Shown one piece after another: positions 14,001 through 29,000 of a stretch of DNA of 64,000 nucleotides. The notes under the pieces were generated by a model. That model had not been told where the DNA came from, searched no databases, and worked only from the letters and a program-made list of their open reading frames with translations. How positions within the stretch are numbered: position 1 is the first letter of the stretch; every line of letters begins with the position of its first letter. The translations under genes and the position numbers were made by a program. The DNA is from Paragordius varius (lineage: Eukaryota; Animalia; Nematomorpha). The stretch covers positions 2,108,001 through 2,172,000 of the forward strand of contig OZ176055.1 in the NCBI GenBank assembly GCA_964247055.1, read 5' to 3'.

Positions 14001-17000
14001 TTTTGTTGTTTTTTATTTGATTTGCTTTTTTTTAATATTCAATTTTTGTTAGAGAAAAGTTTTTAATCATTCATTTAATTTAAAATAAGTAGGTTATATG
14101 TGATAATTTCAAAAAAGGTATAAAATACTATTATTTGGCCAAAATATAATAACCTGAAAAACCACCAATTTTTTTCGCTTTTGGAATATTTTGTAAAAAT
14201 ATTATCGCTTCAAATCCTTGTTTAAAAATGGTAATTTAAAATGTTTAAAATATTGCTAATTAATTTAAATGAGAATGCAAAATACTTGTTTATTTTTAAT
14301 TTATCACGTTGTATTTTTAGTTAACCGATATCCTAACCTCTAAACAACCAAAAAACAATATAATATTCAAATCGGTTAAAATAAATTCCGTGAGATTGCA
14401 ACGAATTGATGGGATAGTACATTTATTGGCTAATATTTCTGTCTTCCATAATGCAGTATATACTTTTTTTATAAAAATATACCATTTACAGTTCAAACCA
14501 TCGAACAATTCAAATTTACCCTAAAATAAATTATGTGTTTTCAAGATTAAAAATTAGCTATATTTTTTATATGTAAAAAAATTTGTTTAAAATTAAAATA
14601 ATACAGAAAAATTAATAAACTATGCCATAAAATAAATTTAATTTCAATGATGAATTATATTAGACAGAAATTTCATAATTTATTTTTAGGGTGAATTTGA
14701 ATTGTTCGAGGATGATTTTGAATTGTTTGAGGGTGAATTTGAATTTTGTAAATGATATATATATTTTTTTGTTATTAAATTAGATTTTTTCTATTTTTAA
14801 AATTTTCATAGGATAAAAATGTCAATTTGGAACAACTTATAGAGGAGTTGGATGTAAATTTTAGTTTTATCAATGAAAAATTACGGCCATTTAGCGTTAA
14901 ATTAGTTACACAAAGTCCGGCGTTACCTATCAAAAACAAAATTACTGGTATTTTTTTACATTTTCAAACATTTGATTTAATTTTTTATTCGCTCAAATTT
15001 TTTAAAATTTTTAATTTTTTTTAGAAAAGTCGACTGAAATTATTGTGAGAAAATGGATTCTAATACGTTACAAATTCGGGGAATCCAAATTAACTGCTGC
15101 ATTTAATCCCCAAAAATGGGCCCTCGATCGAAATTATCAATTGCACATTACGAATCTCATATTAGATGAAGTATATATATTTTAAAAAATTTTTTCCCTT
15201 AAAATATTTAATAATTTAATATATTGAAGATTTAAATTAGAGAAAAAAATCAAAAATAATATTCATTGCTGATTATTAATTTTTATGATTTTCCTATCAT
15301 TTTGGCTTGTTATCCAAATGATTGAGATAATAATTGGTAATTACTTAATCGGTCATTTTACATTACAATCAATCATATCGGTTATATTTTGGTTTTTTAT
15401 ATATAAATAAACGGATAAAATCATTTAACTTTTAATGTATAAATTTTTGTTAATAATCTAGATTACTAAACAACTAAAATCGAATGCCAATTCGAGGGAG
15501 ATAAAAATTGTTGGTTATGAAATACAAACCCTACCCGATAATTTTGAAAAATCCCATAATCAAGAATACGCCAATACATTATTTAATGTAACTTTAACAT
15601 TAGCTGGTAGTAAGGCATCGTCTAAAAATATTGATTTGTCTAAGGTATTTGATATATTTAGAATATTTTTTTTATTTAATATATAACTTGGTTTTTTTGA
15701 CATTTTTTTTTATTAATTTTATGCGGTTTAGATTGTTGGAAAAAGTGCCCTAATCCAAATTATTAACCCTAAAAAAACAGTCAATGATCTCAAGGAGAAA
15801 TGTAACAATATTATAATCATATTTTTTATTTTTACATATAAAATTTTTTAAAATATATTTTTTGGATATTTTAGATGTATTTAACATAACATTTCTTATC
15901 ATTCCTCAATCTTCGGTGCAAAACGTGGATGTTAAAAATTATGCAAACTTTAAAGCACTGTCCCTCATTGATCAAAATCAATTTTTAGCACAAATTTTGA
16001 ATGAGGTTAATTTATTTAATAAATTTTTAATAATATATTGTTTTGATATTTTAAAGTTAGAATTAAAATTATCAACTTAATTTAAATGTAACCCATCATT
16101 TAGGGTTTCAAAATAAGAATAGAGATCTGTTTGGTAACATCATCATTATTATAATATACAATTTTAATTATATTGGTTGTTATATAGAGCATATCAATGA
16201 TTTTATTTTTTACCCAATAAAAAATTGTCTTTTAATGTTATTATTTATTTTGTTTTCTTTAAAATTTCACTAATTTATTATTTTTTTATCGTTACAGTTG
16301 TTAAAGGGTTTATCACGGAAACCGAATATATTTTCTCATTATGACATAAAACTCACGCAAGTTTTAGATCCACAAATTTATTCAACCTCCTGGAATACTG
16401 GACTTATACTTTTCTTTAATATTTTACCCCTCAATAATAGCATTGATGTTAAGGTATATTTTACAGTGTATTTCAGAGATTAGAATCAGAACCATTAATC
16501 TTTGATTCAAAACCATCGGATCAAATAATTTCTAAAAACGGTGTATAACTGTTTTTATAATTAATAAAGAGGTTTTAAACGGTTTTAGCAAAAATTTTTT
16601 AAATTATTTGTAAAATTTAATTTTTGATACAGGAGGTAAGAAAATTTTCTGTAAATTTGAATCTAGTTTTAGATTTTCCAGTAAAAAGTAACATATAACA
16701 AATTTTTATAGTTGTATGCATATAATTTTGTCATATTTTAATCCACATTGTATTAAAATGATGGGGACTTTTCCCTTTAAAAGGCCGAATTTAAAACCAT
16801 TTACCTAAAAAACAACGGAACCGGGACCATTAATTAAGAACTGTTTTTTCTTTAAAAAAATGGTTGGAACTCCTGACTCTTATTGCAAACTTACATTTTC
16901 TTATATAAACCATTTACAGTTCAAATTCGCCCTCAAACCATTCGAATTCACCCTATTGTGTCTACATTAAAAATACCATTTTAAAAAATATTCTATTTAA

Positions 17001-20000
17001 AATTAATCAATGCTGAAAATATAATTAACTATGTCGTAATATCTTTCGTATTAATGGTGAGTTATATTAGCCCAAAAACACATTATTTATTGTTAGGGTG
17101 AATTTGAATTGTTTGTGGATGAATTTGAATTGTAAATGGTATATATAAAATGGTTTAAAACTTTAGTATTCCTTTTTTTTCCAACTTAAATTTAGAGCCA
17201 AAATTTAGTCAGGCAGGATTTTATACGTGAATTCAAACATTTTGCATCTGAAAACGCTAATCAACTTTTAACAAATTATGAAGTTGTGTCGGAAACTATT
17301 GATTGGAGCGACAAATCTAATGACATTGGAAACACTTCGAAAAATTTGGACCAGAATAAAGGTTTAATATATTTAACGAATCTTAGTTTTAATAATTTTT
17401 TCTTTTATTTGATATATTTGCGGCGATTTCATTAATTTAATTTTTAAGTAAAAATATTTTTTATTTTTTAGTTAAAATTGTTCAAGTGTTTGTGGAAGTT
17501 AAATCTCAAATCATACAAGTTAGCAATCCATTCATATATTTGCTCACCTATGATTTTCACACCGAACGCATAGCAAAGCGTGAAAAAAATGTATTACACT
17601 TTTTCAATGTTTAATAAAAATTGAAATTATACGGACAAAATGGAAAAATATAAAGACATTTTTTTTCGAAAGATACCCATACTTTTTTAACCTTAATTTA
17701 TCTTATAAACATTTAATTACAATCGTAAAATATCCAATTAATTGTGTCACCAATTTACATTTCTATTTTATAATTTGTAGTTTAAAACACTGAGTAATAT
17801 TTATTAAAATCAAGATTAAGAAAGTATGGTTTTTTAAAAAAAATTTCCTTATATTTCAATTTTTGCCCGTATAATTTCAGTTTTAATGCTATAAAATTTT
17901 TTAATTTTCACATTTTTAACCTTATATATATAATTTTTTTTTTAATTATCTCATAGATTTATTCAAAAGCCCATCTACTCCGTATACATGAAAAGATTTA
18001 CGAGAATATCAATGCTTCAATATATAATAATCCCGATATTAGAGATAAAATTCTTAATATTAATAAAAAGAATGATAGTTTAGTAGTTCATTTTAGCTTT
18101 GATTTCCCAGTCATTTTATCATTAACACCCAATTTTGTACCTGAAAATAATATTCGATACAGTAACCGTATTCAATCGATTGGGAAAAGTAATGTGATTA
18201 GATTACATCAAAATGCAAGATCAGGTACCCTGGTCTACCTTGAAAATGCTCTTCAAGACACATCAAGTAATAAGCAAGCAACTTTAAATTAATAAATCTC
18301 TTTAAATCTATAAATTGATTAATTTTTTGTTTTATAACAAAAACTCTAAAACCCGAAATCTTTGGTGAGCATATAATTTTGGGTTGGCCAAACATGGAAT
18401 AGAGAGTTAAATTGGAAAATAAGCAATTTAAAAATTCTCCAAATTAATTTATAGGTATACAATCTACTATCAATTTCTTACATAAAAAATATTAGTATTT
18501 TATTTTATGGTTTTTTAATAATTTTAATTTATTTTTGTAGTTATTTAAAAAATTTTTTATAATTTCATTTATCATTTAGTTGCAAATACTGAAAACAATA
18601 ACAACTCGCATAACTTTGTACTAACTTTCAAAGCTTATGGTCAAAGAAAACCGACGCACACTGAAATAACCCAAGCTGTTTTAAATCAGGTATATATTCA
18701 TTATATATGATTAATTTAAATTTAATGGATTTTTTTAAATTAGGATTGAGGTAACTTGAAGACTAAAATAATTTATCAATTATTTAACTCAGAATCAGTA
18801 AATAACATAAGTGTTTAAAGCATAGATATCTCTAAACAAACTTAAAAACTTATTGTAACGCCTTTGTAAAATATAATTAATTTAAATATTTACACCTATT
18901 ATACCATTTACTTTTCAAATAGACTCTTGAACAATTCAAATTCAGTCAAAAAAATTATGTGTTTTTTTAAGATAAAATTATCAATATTTTTTAATAATTT
19001 TAAAAAATGAAATTTTTCATAAAATTAAAATAATACTGAAAAAATAAAAAACTATGCCATAAAGGTATATTTTATATTAAATATGAGTCATATTAGCCCA
19101 TAAACACATAATTTAGTTTTAGGGTGAATTTGATTTGTTCGAAGGTGAATTTGAATTGTTCGAGGGTGAATTTGTATTGTAAATGGTATATTTCTTATTT
19201 TTAGAGTTTTTGATCGTAATACTAACTAAACAAATCTTTTCTTATTTTTAACACCAATAGATTGAGCAATTATCCAAAGTGTCTGACGCGTGGCAAAACA
19301 TTAATTCCCAAAAACTCGTTGCCTTGTTTGAAATTAATGTGACATCCTTGGTACCAAACAATCACAACAATCTTGTACAATTTAAATTTTTACAAGGGCG
19401 AATTATTGATAAAAAACCATTTTTAAGTACTCATGCAGTTCAAGCATCAGCACTCCGTCAGAGATTAGGACCAGACTTTAAGGAATACAGATTTGTTGCC
19501 ATTTTCCAAATATCTTGGAATTACTACACCCATAATATTTCATCTTTCATTAATCAACTCGTGTTGGATGTTAAGAAACATACTGCAGCCACGTCAAAAA
19601 TCATAAACGAAAATAAACAGGAAAATTTATTAAGGCCCCATAGGTCAGATGAAAAAACATATCTGTCGAGTCCGAACCAACAAAAACCTTTAATTATTGA
19701 TAACATAGCATTGTATTCAGTTACAAATACCCCTGGCCTAATAACTGATAATACTTTGAGTAATTTAGAGGGGGATGAATATATCCATTTACAACCTTTT
19801 ATGCCCAACGATGATAATGATGATTTAATATTCGCAAAAAAATCTAATCAATCCCTAAAGACGGGTGGACAATCGGATATCCATGAGAATTCAGTTATTT
19901 CCCCTTCGGGATCAAGGAACCCTAAAAACTCCAATAACAATGATATAATAAGCAATGGTATTTAGTTGGCGTTTTTATGGTTACATAGGGTTGGGTTGGG

Positions 20001-23000
20001 TTTGACTGGTTATCAAAATAACCAGTCAAACACTTGTAAACATATACCATTCACCACTATCAAACAATTCGAATTTACCTAAAAAATTGTCTTTTTATAA
20101 CTCTTGATTAATATAATTTTTTAATGGCATAGTTTATCATTTAATCTGCATGTTAATTTTAAACGAAATTTCATTTTTTTAAAACATTTAAAAGCTAATG
20201 GTAATTTTTAATATCTAAAAACATAAATTTATTTTAGGGTTAATTTTTTAAGGGTGAATTTGAATTTCTCGAATAGGTGTAATAATTAATAAATAAAATT
20301 TTATGGGCAAAAATGTAAAAAAAATTACGTTAATTCTTATCCTTATATTTTTTAACTATTAAAATTAATTTGTTTTCACCGATAACATTTGGTTCACTTG
20401 CAAAATATATGGGTTTTTGTAGTGCTATATTGAATGTTTTGACTTATTTCAAAGGCGGATCTGACCATTTTTAATTTTAGACAGGTCAAAAACCTAACCC
20501 GGTGGATAAATGTATATAGTTAATATCCTTTTTATTGATTCAATTTTTTACCTTTTCATATATTTTTAGCTAAACAATTTTCTATATTGTTGCGTATAAG
20601 TCGATATTATAAAGCACCTATGATTTATACGCCTGAATATCGGAATCCAAAATCCCAACAATATCTTGATTTAAAGGCTTTGGCTGAAAAAGGGGTACTT
20701 ATAATCTTACTTTTTTCAATTATAATTATTGATTTATATTAATTTTTATTTTATCTAGATTGATGTTGCCTTCAAATTGAGCAATATTAGTTCATATTAC
20801 ATTGCAAGTGAAGTTAAGGAGATACAGGACGCTTCCCATATCAATCCGGAATGGAAAAATAGCATTTTGATCAATTTTACGGCCAATTTCATTAAAGTAA
20901 GGCTTTTTTGAAAAAAAATTTAAATTTTTACATTACTTTGCCTTATGCTAAATATGTTTGCATATTCTTATACAGTCTTACATGGGTTACCAACAAGACG
21001 TGTTTCAAAACTTGATAAATTCCATCATTCAAACAAATTTTCGAGTTGGTGACACGCAATTATCCGTCATCAATTACAATGTTCCCGATGACAAAAATAA
21101 TAATAAAATTTTAACTTTAAACAAGCTAAATAATCGCGGTGTAAAAAATGACATATTTGACGTTAAAACTAAAATGTTGATTGGACCCGACTCTTATATC
21201 AGTTCGGGTCAACCAAAATATGGTGGTGAAATCCTTAGAATAGTCCCTGAAATTTTAAACATTAATAGCCTACGTCAAAACACTATTTCTGACCAATCTG
21301 AAGAGTTAACCATGTCAAACAAAAAAAGCGAAAACTTACACACTACTGTGTTACCGTCACATTTACAATTTTGTAATGAAAAACAAACCATACTAGCAGA
21401 TTGTCAAGATGAAAATTCGTTTTGTGCAGTTTCCAAAATTTCTAATATTGCTGCCAAAAGTAGTTATGATAAAGAACATTTAAGGGGCAAAAAAGTTTTT
21501 AACTCGCCGAACGATTTGAAAGACCCTACATCAACAACATATGAATGTGTATGTAAGCCAGGATACGCTAAACCTGAATGGCTGAAAGCTAATAATCTGT
21601 TGTTCCAAAAGTGTTCAAGTATTAAATTTGATAAAAAAAATTTGAACGAATATATATTTTTTACGAAATCTTTCAAAATTAATTTGGGGGATATTTTGTT
21701 AATCTCTAAAATATTTTGTTTTGTTATGGTGTAGAATATAAGATTTACACGGTGATCATAAATGTCCGATTCAAAAAACGTCATATTCAAACAATCATAC
21801 CGGAATCTCTCATAAACGATGAAGTAACATTTTTTTGCTATTTTAAACCAAATTTTTTACTTTTTTATTTTTTTTTAATATAGATAACTGGGATGTTCCT
21901 TAAATCACCCATTCGACGGTACTTACTCCGTATGGAAAGCAATCGGTTAAATGTAAATGACGTCAAAAATCTCAATACCTTTCAAATTAAAATATTTGTG
22001 GACCAAGATATGTCAGCAAATTATAATGAGTTTGTTATAAGGTAATGAATGTCTTTATAATAAATGACGACTTCTGAAAACTTTAAATATATTTTAAAAT
22101 CCCGATTTATCGATCGATTACACATGCTAATGTATATATTTGCCTTTATTTGTGTTCAGATTTGATCGGGAACTAACCCTAAACACAGTTCGATTTAATC
22201 ATTTAGGATGGGTAGTTGAGTTACTCGATAATGATTTTCAAGCCTATAGAAATCAAGACCAAAGCATAAATTTCAACACCACCACCAATATAATTTACGA
22301 TGCCGAAGCTTATCGTGATTCATTGAATGAAAATGAAAATGATTACAGAAACGCCGCAAATTTTATAGTGACTACATCAAATACCCTAGAGCCAAATTTG
22401 AATCATTCTTTAACCGAATTTAACGCAATCACCAGTAAAACGATTGCCTTATCTGGGGGGCATGTGGAACAACCTATCAAAACCTATAAATCTTATTCTA
22501 ATCATCTCCTTAAACAAAGTACCCGGTTAGGTGCAAATTCTGCCATTATTTCACCAAAAAGACAATTAGCACCAAATCTCATTACAAACACTAAAAACAG
22601 TAATCATATTAATGTTAAGCCTTATGTCGGACACGGACTAATAGATTATGCCTATTTTGATCGTGATTACATTAATGGTAATAATCATAATATTCAATCA
22701 CCATCAAATACCTCCGATAAAGGAATCAATTTTGTCCGCGTTTCTCACGGGAAGCTGGGGCCAATAGCTTATGATGACAATTATGTATGTCAGTTGGGCA
22801 CATCCCTCGGTTGTGGACAACATGAAGAATGTATAATCAATATGGGTCGAACACTGTGCCGTTGTCAATTTGGTTACGCTAAACAAGCGACTCTAGATGC
22901 TTGCACTAGTAAGAAAGAATGAGTATATATTTTTCAAAAAAGAATGTTTTGGAGCTTATTTGACATTGATGGTATTGATTCAGTCTCTGTCTGTTTTTAA

Positions 23001-26000
23001 AAAATAGTTTTGAGAAAACAAGTCAAAGTTGTAAGTATAGAACTTTCGGCCTTAACATTTATTTGTAAAAAAGTTTGGAATTGTTTTTATTAAAACTTTC
23101 TGAATAGGCTAAATCAAATAATTTACATATATTATAATCGAGTCGGTGTATTTTTTCTTTTGAACCTTTTTGGTTCATTTAATCATTAGGATATTAAAAT
23201 CGCTATTTTTGAATCCGTTTTATACATAGTATTACTATTGAGATCGTCGAATATTATTGATTATTAAACGGGGTGGGCCCGAACTGGGGGATTAATTCAA
23301 AAAAGGGCGAAGCTATTGTCGGGGCATTTATTAATGATTATATTTTTTTGATATTTGGATTTAAATGGGTTTACCGGTTTTCCGGAAACAGATCACAAAG
23401 CCAGCATTTTCCATTTTTATAAATATATAGATTATTGGCACATGTTATTTTATATGTATTTATTATCAAATTATTTCAATTAGAACACACTACGGTCGAT
23501 ATTCAACTTCGGGTTGATTATGTACGAAATATAAGCACTAAAGATTTCTTTGAACGTGGTTATTTTGATAGAAGATATACCAATTTCGTGGCATTTATTA
23601 CGGAAGAGGTATTTTATTTAAATTTAATAACAGACAAAACGTAAAAACTAAAGGACAAATTTATTTTTTTAAAACGACAACCATATTATTTTTAAACATA
23701 ACTCATTGTTTTAGGTGTCAAAGTAATTGATGAGACTGGTGACACACTTAATAATATAATTTAAATTGTAATCATATTATGTTTGTTGGAAAATCAAGGT
23801 TAGAAAAGTATGGTGGCTTTTTTAAATTATTATTTGTCTTTATGTTTTGCGTGTATTCATGTGTGAAAATAATTTTGAAAGACTTAAAAAATAAATTAAT
23901 TTATTTACTTTTAGTTAAATCATTTTGTATTCCATTCCGATTACGCCAATTTTATCGTTGAAATTCGGTTCAATAATTTTGGACACATTAGTTATGATAA
24001 ACCAACTACCCAAGATAACATCTTAGCCAATTGTACATTAGTCATCAAAAATACTTTTAAAGGTAATTCTTATTAAATTTTAAAAAGTTTTTTTTCCATT
24101 AATTAAATTAAAAAACACCTTAATAAATTTGAAATTTTTGGAAAATTTTTCATTATACAGGCCATATACAAGAAATAATTTCAAACCTTATAATGAGGAT
24201 TCGACTATTACAATATCGTCTTGAGGGTTCACCCCAACCTATCGATTTGCAACTTTTAGAAGAGTATAGATTATTTTCAATTTTATTTAAAATATATTTA
24301 AAATTTATTTTATTTTTATAATTTTATTTCAATTATATAATAGTTTATACCGATTGAATGCAAACAATGGCAAAATGGCCCGGGATATATATGAGTAAAC
24401 ATCTAATATTTTAGTTTTTTTGCAAGAATATATATGAATTAATTTTTTGGGTTTTATACGAAAAATATATTGAAATTCCAGTTGAAATTTATTAATATTA
24501 AAGGTGGACCAAATGAAAAGATTGGCTTAATAAGTCATAATTTTTCTTTATTAATTATCTTTTTTTGTTTATATATATGTGTATGTTTATATTAATAGCC
24601 TAAATTCATTGGATTTTTTTATACTATAATGAAACATTCATCAGTCGTATTAATTAAATTATAATAAAATTAATATTATTAACCGTCCAATAAAACAATA
24701 TTTTACATATAAAATGTAAATCAAAAAACCGTTATAACTACTATTTTTTCATTCAATAGCCCGAATGAACAGGCACAACCATGTTCGTACGAAGAAGCAC
24801 TCAATTGCGCCCTGAATAAAGAGTTGTGTAAAATAATAAACGAGAGACCAGTTTGTTTATGTCGACTTGGGTTTTCAAAACCACATAATGATAGTATTAC
24901 TGGACCATGTATACGTAAGTTTTTACTCAAAATTTTCTAAGTACATGATTTATTTCAAGGTAAAAATTTTACCTTTTAAATTTTATAGCTTCCTTCTATT
25001 ACTTTATCGTTATCCGGGTGTTGAGATTTGATGAATACAACCTAAAATACCAAGAACTCATAAAGTATCCCAAAAACAATATTTTGGAGCACATTGAAGC
25101 TCTGAGCAAAAAATCGGTACATATATATTCACAAGAATTAATATATGACATAAATTAAATTTAAAGACTAGTAAAAATATTACACTAATATTAAAGGAAT
25201 GAAGCACAAATTAAAAATCTGTTATGTTATGTACAGTTAAAATTAATTATTTTTTGTAACCACCATACCTTTTAAAAACTTTCAGTTTTCCTCTGTAAAT
25301 ATCATCATTACATTTATCAAATATATAATAATGTGTTACCAATTTGAAGCTCTATTTACTATTTTCGCAAAACGGCTGGTAAGATTTAAAAAAATCAAAG
25401 TTAAAATGAATTTGGTGTTCTTTACAAAAAAATGTCTTTTGATTTTAATTATTTACCTATACGTTTATTTATCGAATCGCTCGCTTTTTCATTTTTCAAT
25501 GAATTTTGACATTATTTTAGTTTGACATATGTGTCAATGGATCAGAAATTGCACCGTATTACCTGAATTCGCGTTTTAATGGGATAATTAATCCCCAAAT
25601 CAGTGAAGCACAATGGAGTCATGATGGATCCGGGGTGGGGTTAAATTTTACCCTTGTGTTGAGTCGAACATATAATCGATCTACACGGCATATAGCAAAA
25701 CAATTATCTAATGTAATAGTCCGTTCGGGTTATAAATTACCCTTGACTCAATTATATGTATCGCCAATTAATAAAAAGGCCATACGAGCTAGGCTTATCG
25801 CTATACGCTCACATATAAATCAATTAACAACACCCACACAGATTGAAGCGTATTTGGAATCCAGTATAATTTTTTTTATCAAGAAATTTTGAGTTTTTAA
25901 ATTTTTTAAATATCTTTATATATATAAATATGTATGTTTGTAAGGGGGAATTCAATTCACCCAATATGAAATTACGATTAGTAACTTAACTTTTTCCAGT

Positions 26001-29000
26001 TTGCGATTTCTTATCTCGCAATCCTATCATGAGGAATTTGCTGCCAAGGTTATTATTTCATAGATATGTATAAATAGTTTTTACACCTATAACGAGCTCT
26101 AATAACTTACAATCTCCTTTTTATCACATAATAGAATTTTTGGGTCTAGGTTTCGATTTCATTGTTTTTTGGTTAGGTTTTAATTTAGATTCCATTTTTT
26201 GTAGTTTTATATGAGATCATTTTTTGGATATAATATTAATTAACAGTGAAAGCATATCAATTTAAGGGTACAAGTTTTATTTAATGTTAAGATTCGTAGT
26301 TTAAATAAAATTATCGGCTTTAATCGCTTAAAAAGAAATTTATAGGGTTCGGGTTCCATTCCCTGAGAATACATATCATTTAAAACCATTCATTTCTTTT
26401 GTATGTGCATTAATATTTTTTTATATTTTTTTTATTTTTTATAGTTAAATGAACAATTTACAAGCTCCAACATAACCGATTACTATTTTGGTTTATCAAT
26501 ACCCAAATTAATTCAACTTTTACCCATGAATGATACGACAAGCTACGATGATTACAAATTGCTTGAGTTTCGAATTAACGTATATTTCCGAAAAAGTATA
26601 CCCAATGGACCATCCTCCATACATATAATCAATGATATTGTTCGGGGTGTTATACAACAAACCTTAATAACTAATTTGGCCGAAGGTATATAACATTATA
26701 TTCATAGGCTATGACTTTTTTAGCTTTATTTAAGTTTGAAATAAAATTATATGGACAAAAACTTATAATTTAAAAGACAAATATATATATTTTTTCTGAC
26801 GACCGCTGTATTATTTTATTTTTTATATACAACTCATTGTTTAATATTGTAAAGTATGAAATAAAGGTATATGTTGATTATGCAATCATTTAGGTATTTT
26901 ATCATTATAATTAGATTATTTATATAGGAAAATATCAGGTGTTAAAAAATCTCATGGTTGTCTTTTTGAGAAAAAATATTTGTATTTATATTTTTACGTT
27001 TTGTCCGTATAATTTCAATTTTATTTTTATTTGTTAAATAAATTTTATTAGAAATGAAAGAAAAACGTTTACAACATTACCGATATGCTGTGGAATTTAA
27101 AATACCGATCGGCCAACATTCAAACGAACTAAATGACTCTTCAAAACTGTTGAAGCTACAAAAGCACATTGAAACAAAGTTTAAAAAAAAAGTAATTTTT
27201 CCAGCTTATGTTTTGGATAAAGATTTTCGTTTTTGTTCAATATTTGGAACTTTTAATATATTTTACATTCCTATAAATATTACTTAGATTCAGAAATTAT
27301 TTAATGCCAACCCGCTTCGAAGTTCAACCTATGAGAAGATTGAGTTAAACTCAAAAATCGTACCATCTATGAAAAGTGAAGCCATTTTATTAGTTAATTT
27401 TACCATATATGTTACACCCAAAGAACACCATATTATTCCTAACAGTAATAATAAACAGTCAAATAAAGGTAATATCGATAAAAATCGACTAGCAAATCCA
27501 CAAAATCCAATAAAAAATGAAAAACCAGAAGAAATTAGCAAAGAAATTTCCACTAAACTCCTAACAAATTTGATTGAAACGAATTTTACGCTTGAAGATT
27601 CGGTTGAAAATTTAAGAGAAAACCCATTAGATAAGAATGAAGAAATAATAACGCTAAATTTACCATCTATAAATCCCAAAAATTTGGGTATGTTTATTTT
27701 TAAATGATCTCTTTAATTAATCATAAACTATGTTTATAATTTTAAACTCTTTTTTATACATGTTAGGTACGATTGCATTTGATGTGGTATTGAATGTATT
27801 AAAATACCGAAATATACCAATTGATATCAAACAAATAGTCAATCCTAACTCACAAGAACGTCCGCGATTCGAAACGGATTTTATTAATTCGGTAATGGTT
27901 ATTATTTCAATTAAAAATGATTTTGATTTAATTTATTTTGATGGCTTATGGATTTTTTTATTTACATTTAATTATATTTATCATACTAATTCCCAAAATA
28001 CATATTTTAAATTGATTGTATTTACAATATTTCTAAACATATAATGTAGGGAATGAATCAACATATCAAACTTTTTTTAAATATTTAAATCAAAATATTG
28101 TTTCATTATCTGGTTAATTTTAACATATTTATAAGGTATGCCAATTACCCCCCTAATTAAACCATAATTTCCTCTATATTTTATAGATCAAGCACCTTAT
28201 CAAGCATAGTGATATGGATCGTTACCTTGTTAACATAATTGTTAATTCAATTAGTCCGGCTTTAGAACCATCGGAAAACAATATAAATACCGAGGATGTT
28301 ATCATTATAAATCATGGAGTTTTGGTTAATTTTACAATCAATTTCCTACCTATTCTTAAAATCTCTGACGTGGTTGCACAAGAAATGTTATCTACCCTCA
28401 TAAGTCAAAATGGGTTTAAAGTTGGTCCTTCCGTTCCTGGCAACAATGAAATTGCAACATTTTATATAAATCAAATACCAAACGCTATCTTAGGTAAACT
28501 TTTATGTTTTAAACGGCTTTTAACAAATTTATTTTACCGTAAAATGGAATCTTAGAGAGATCAAACTTAAAAAGTAAGGGATGAGTACCTTAAAATTCTT
28601 AAAAATATAAAAAAAAATTTTTTAGCAAAAGACAACCATTTAAAACCTTATTTTTTTGTATAAATTAAATTGATTACAATTAAATATATAATTGAGTGTG
28701 TTACCACATTATATCTCTGTTTTATACTTTGAACAATTTAAATCAATGAGTTATATAGATGTCAAGTATGAAATAGTATAGCTGTTTTTTGAAAAAAATA
28801 TTTAATATTAATTTTTAATATTGTATCTATAAAATATCCATATTTTGTAAATCCTGATTATTTTATATAACCTATCATTTTTGGGTTGCCAAAAAATAAA
28901 GCTATAGGAGATGTAAATTATAATTTAAAAAATTTTATATTTTACTCTAATTTTGTAAAGAAAAGTTAAAAGGAGCAAAAAATATATTTTTTACTTAAAA

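Noticed and set aside
17591-17956. Introner-type elements creating new introns
   Set aside because: The MITEs lie inside introns 10-50 nt from the GT/AG, their ends do not supply the splice sites, and the host introns sit at positions shared among SEA repeats.
19120-19190. CRISPR-like short direct repeats (GGTGAATTTGAATTGTTCGA)
   Set aside because: They abut one another without unique spacers and are the subterminal repeats of MITE family A in a eukaryotic intron.
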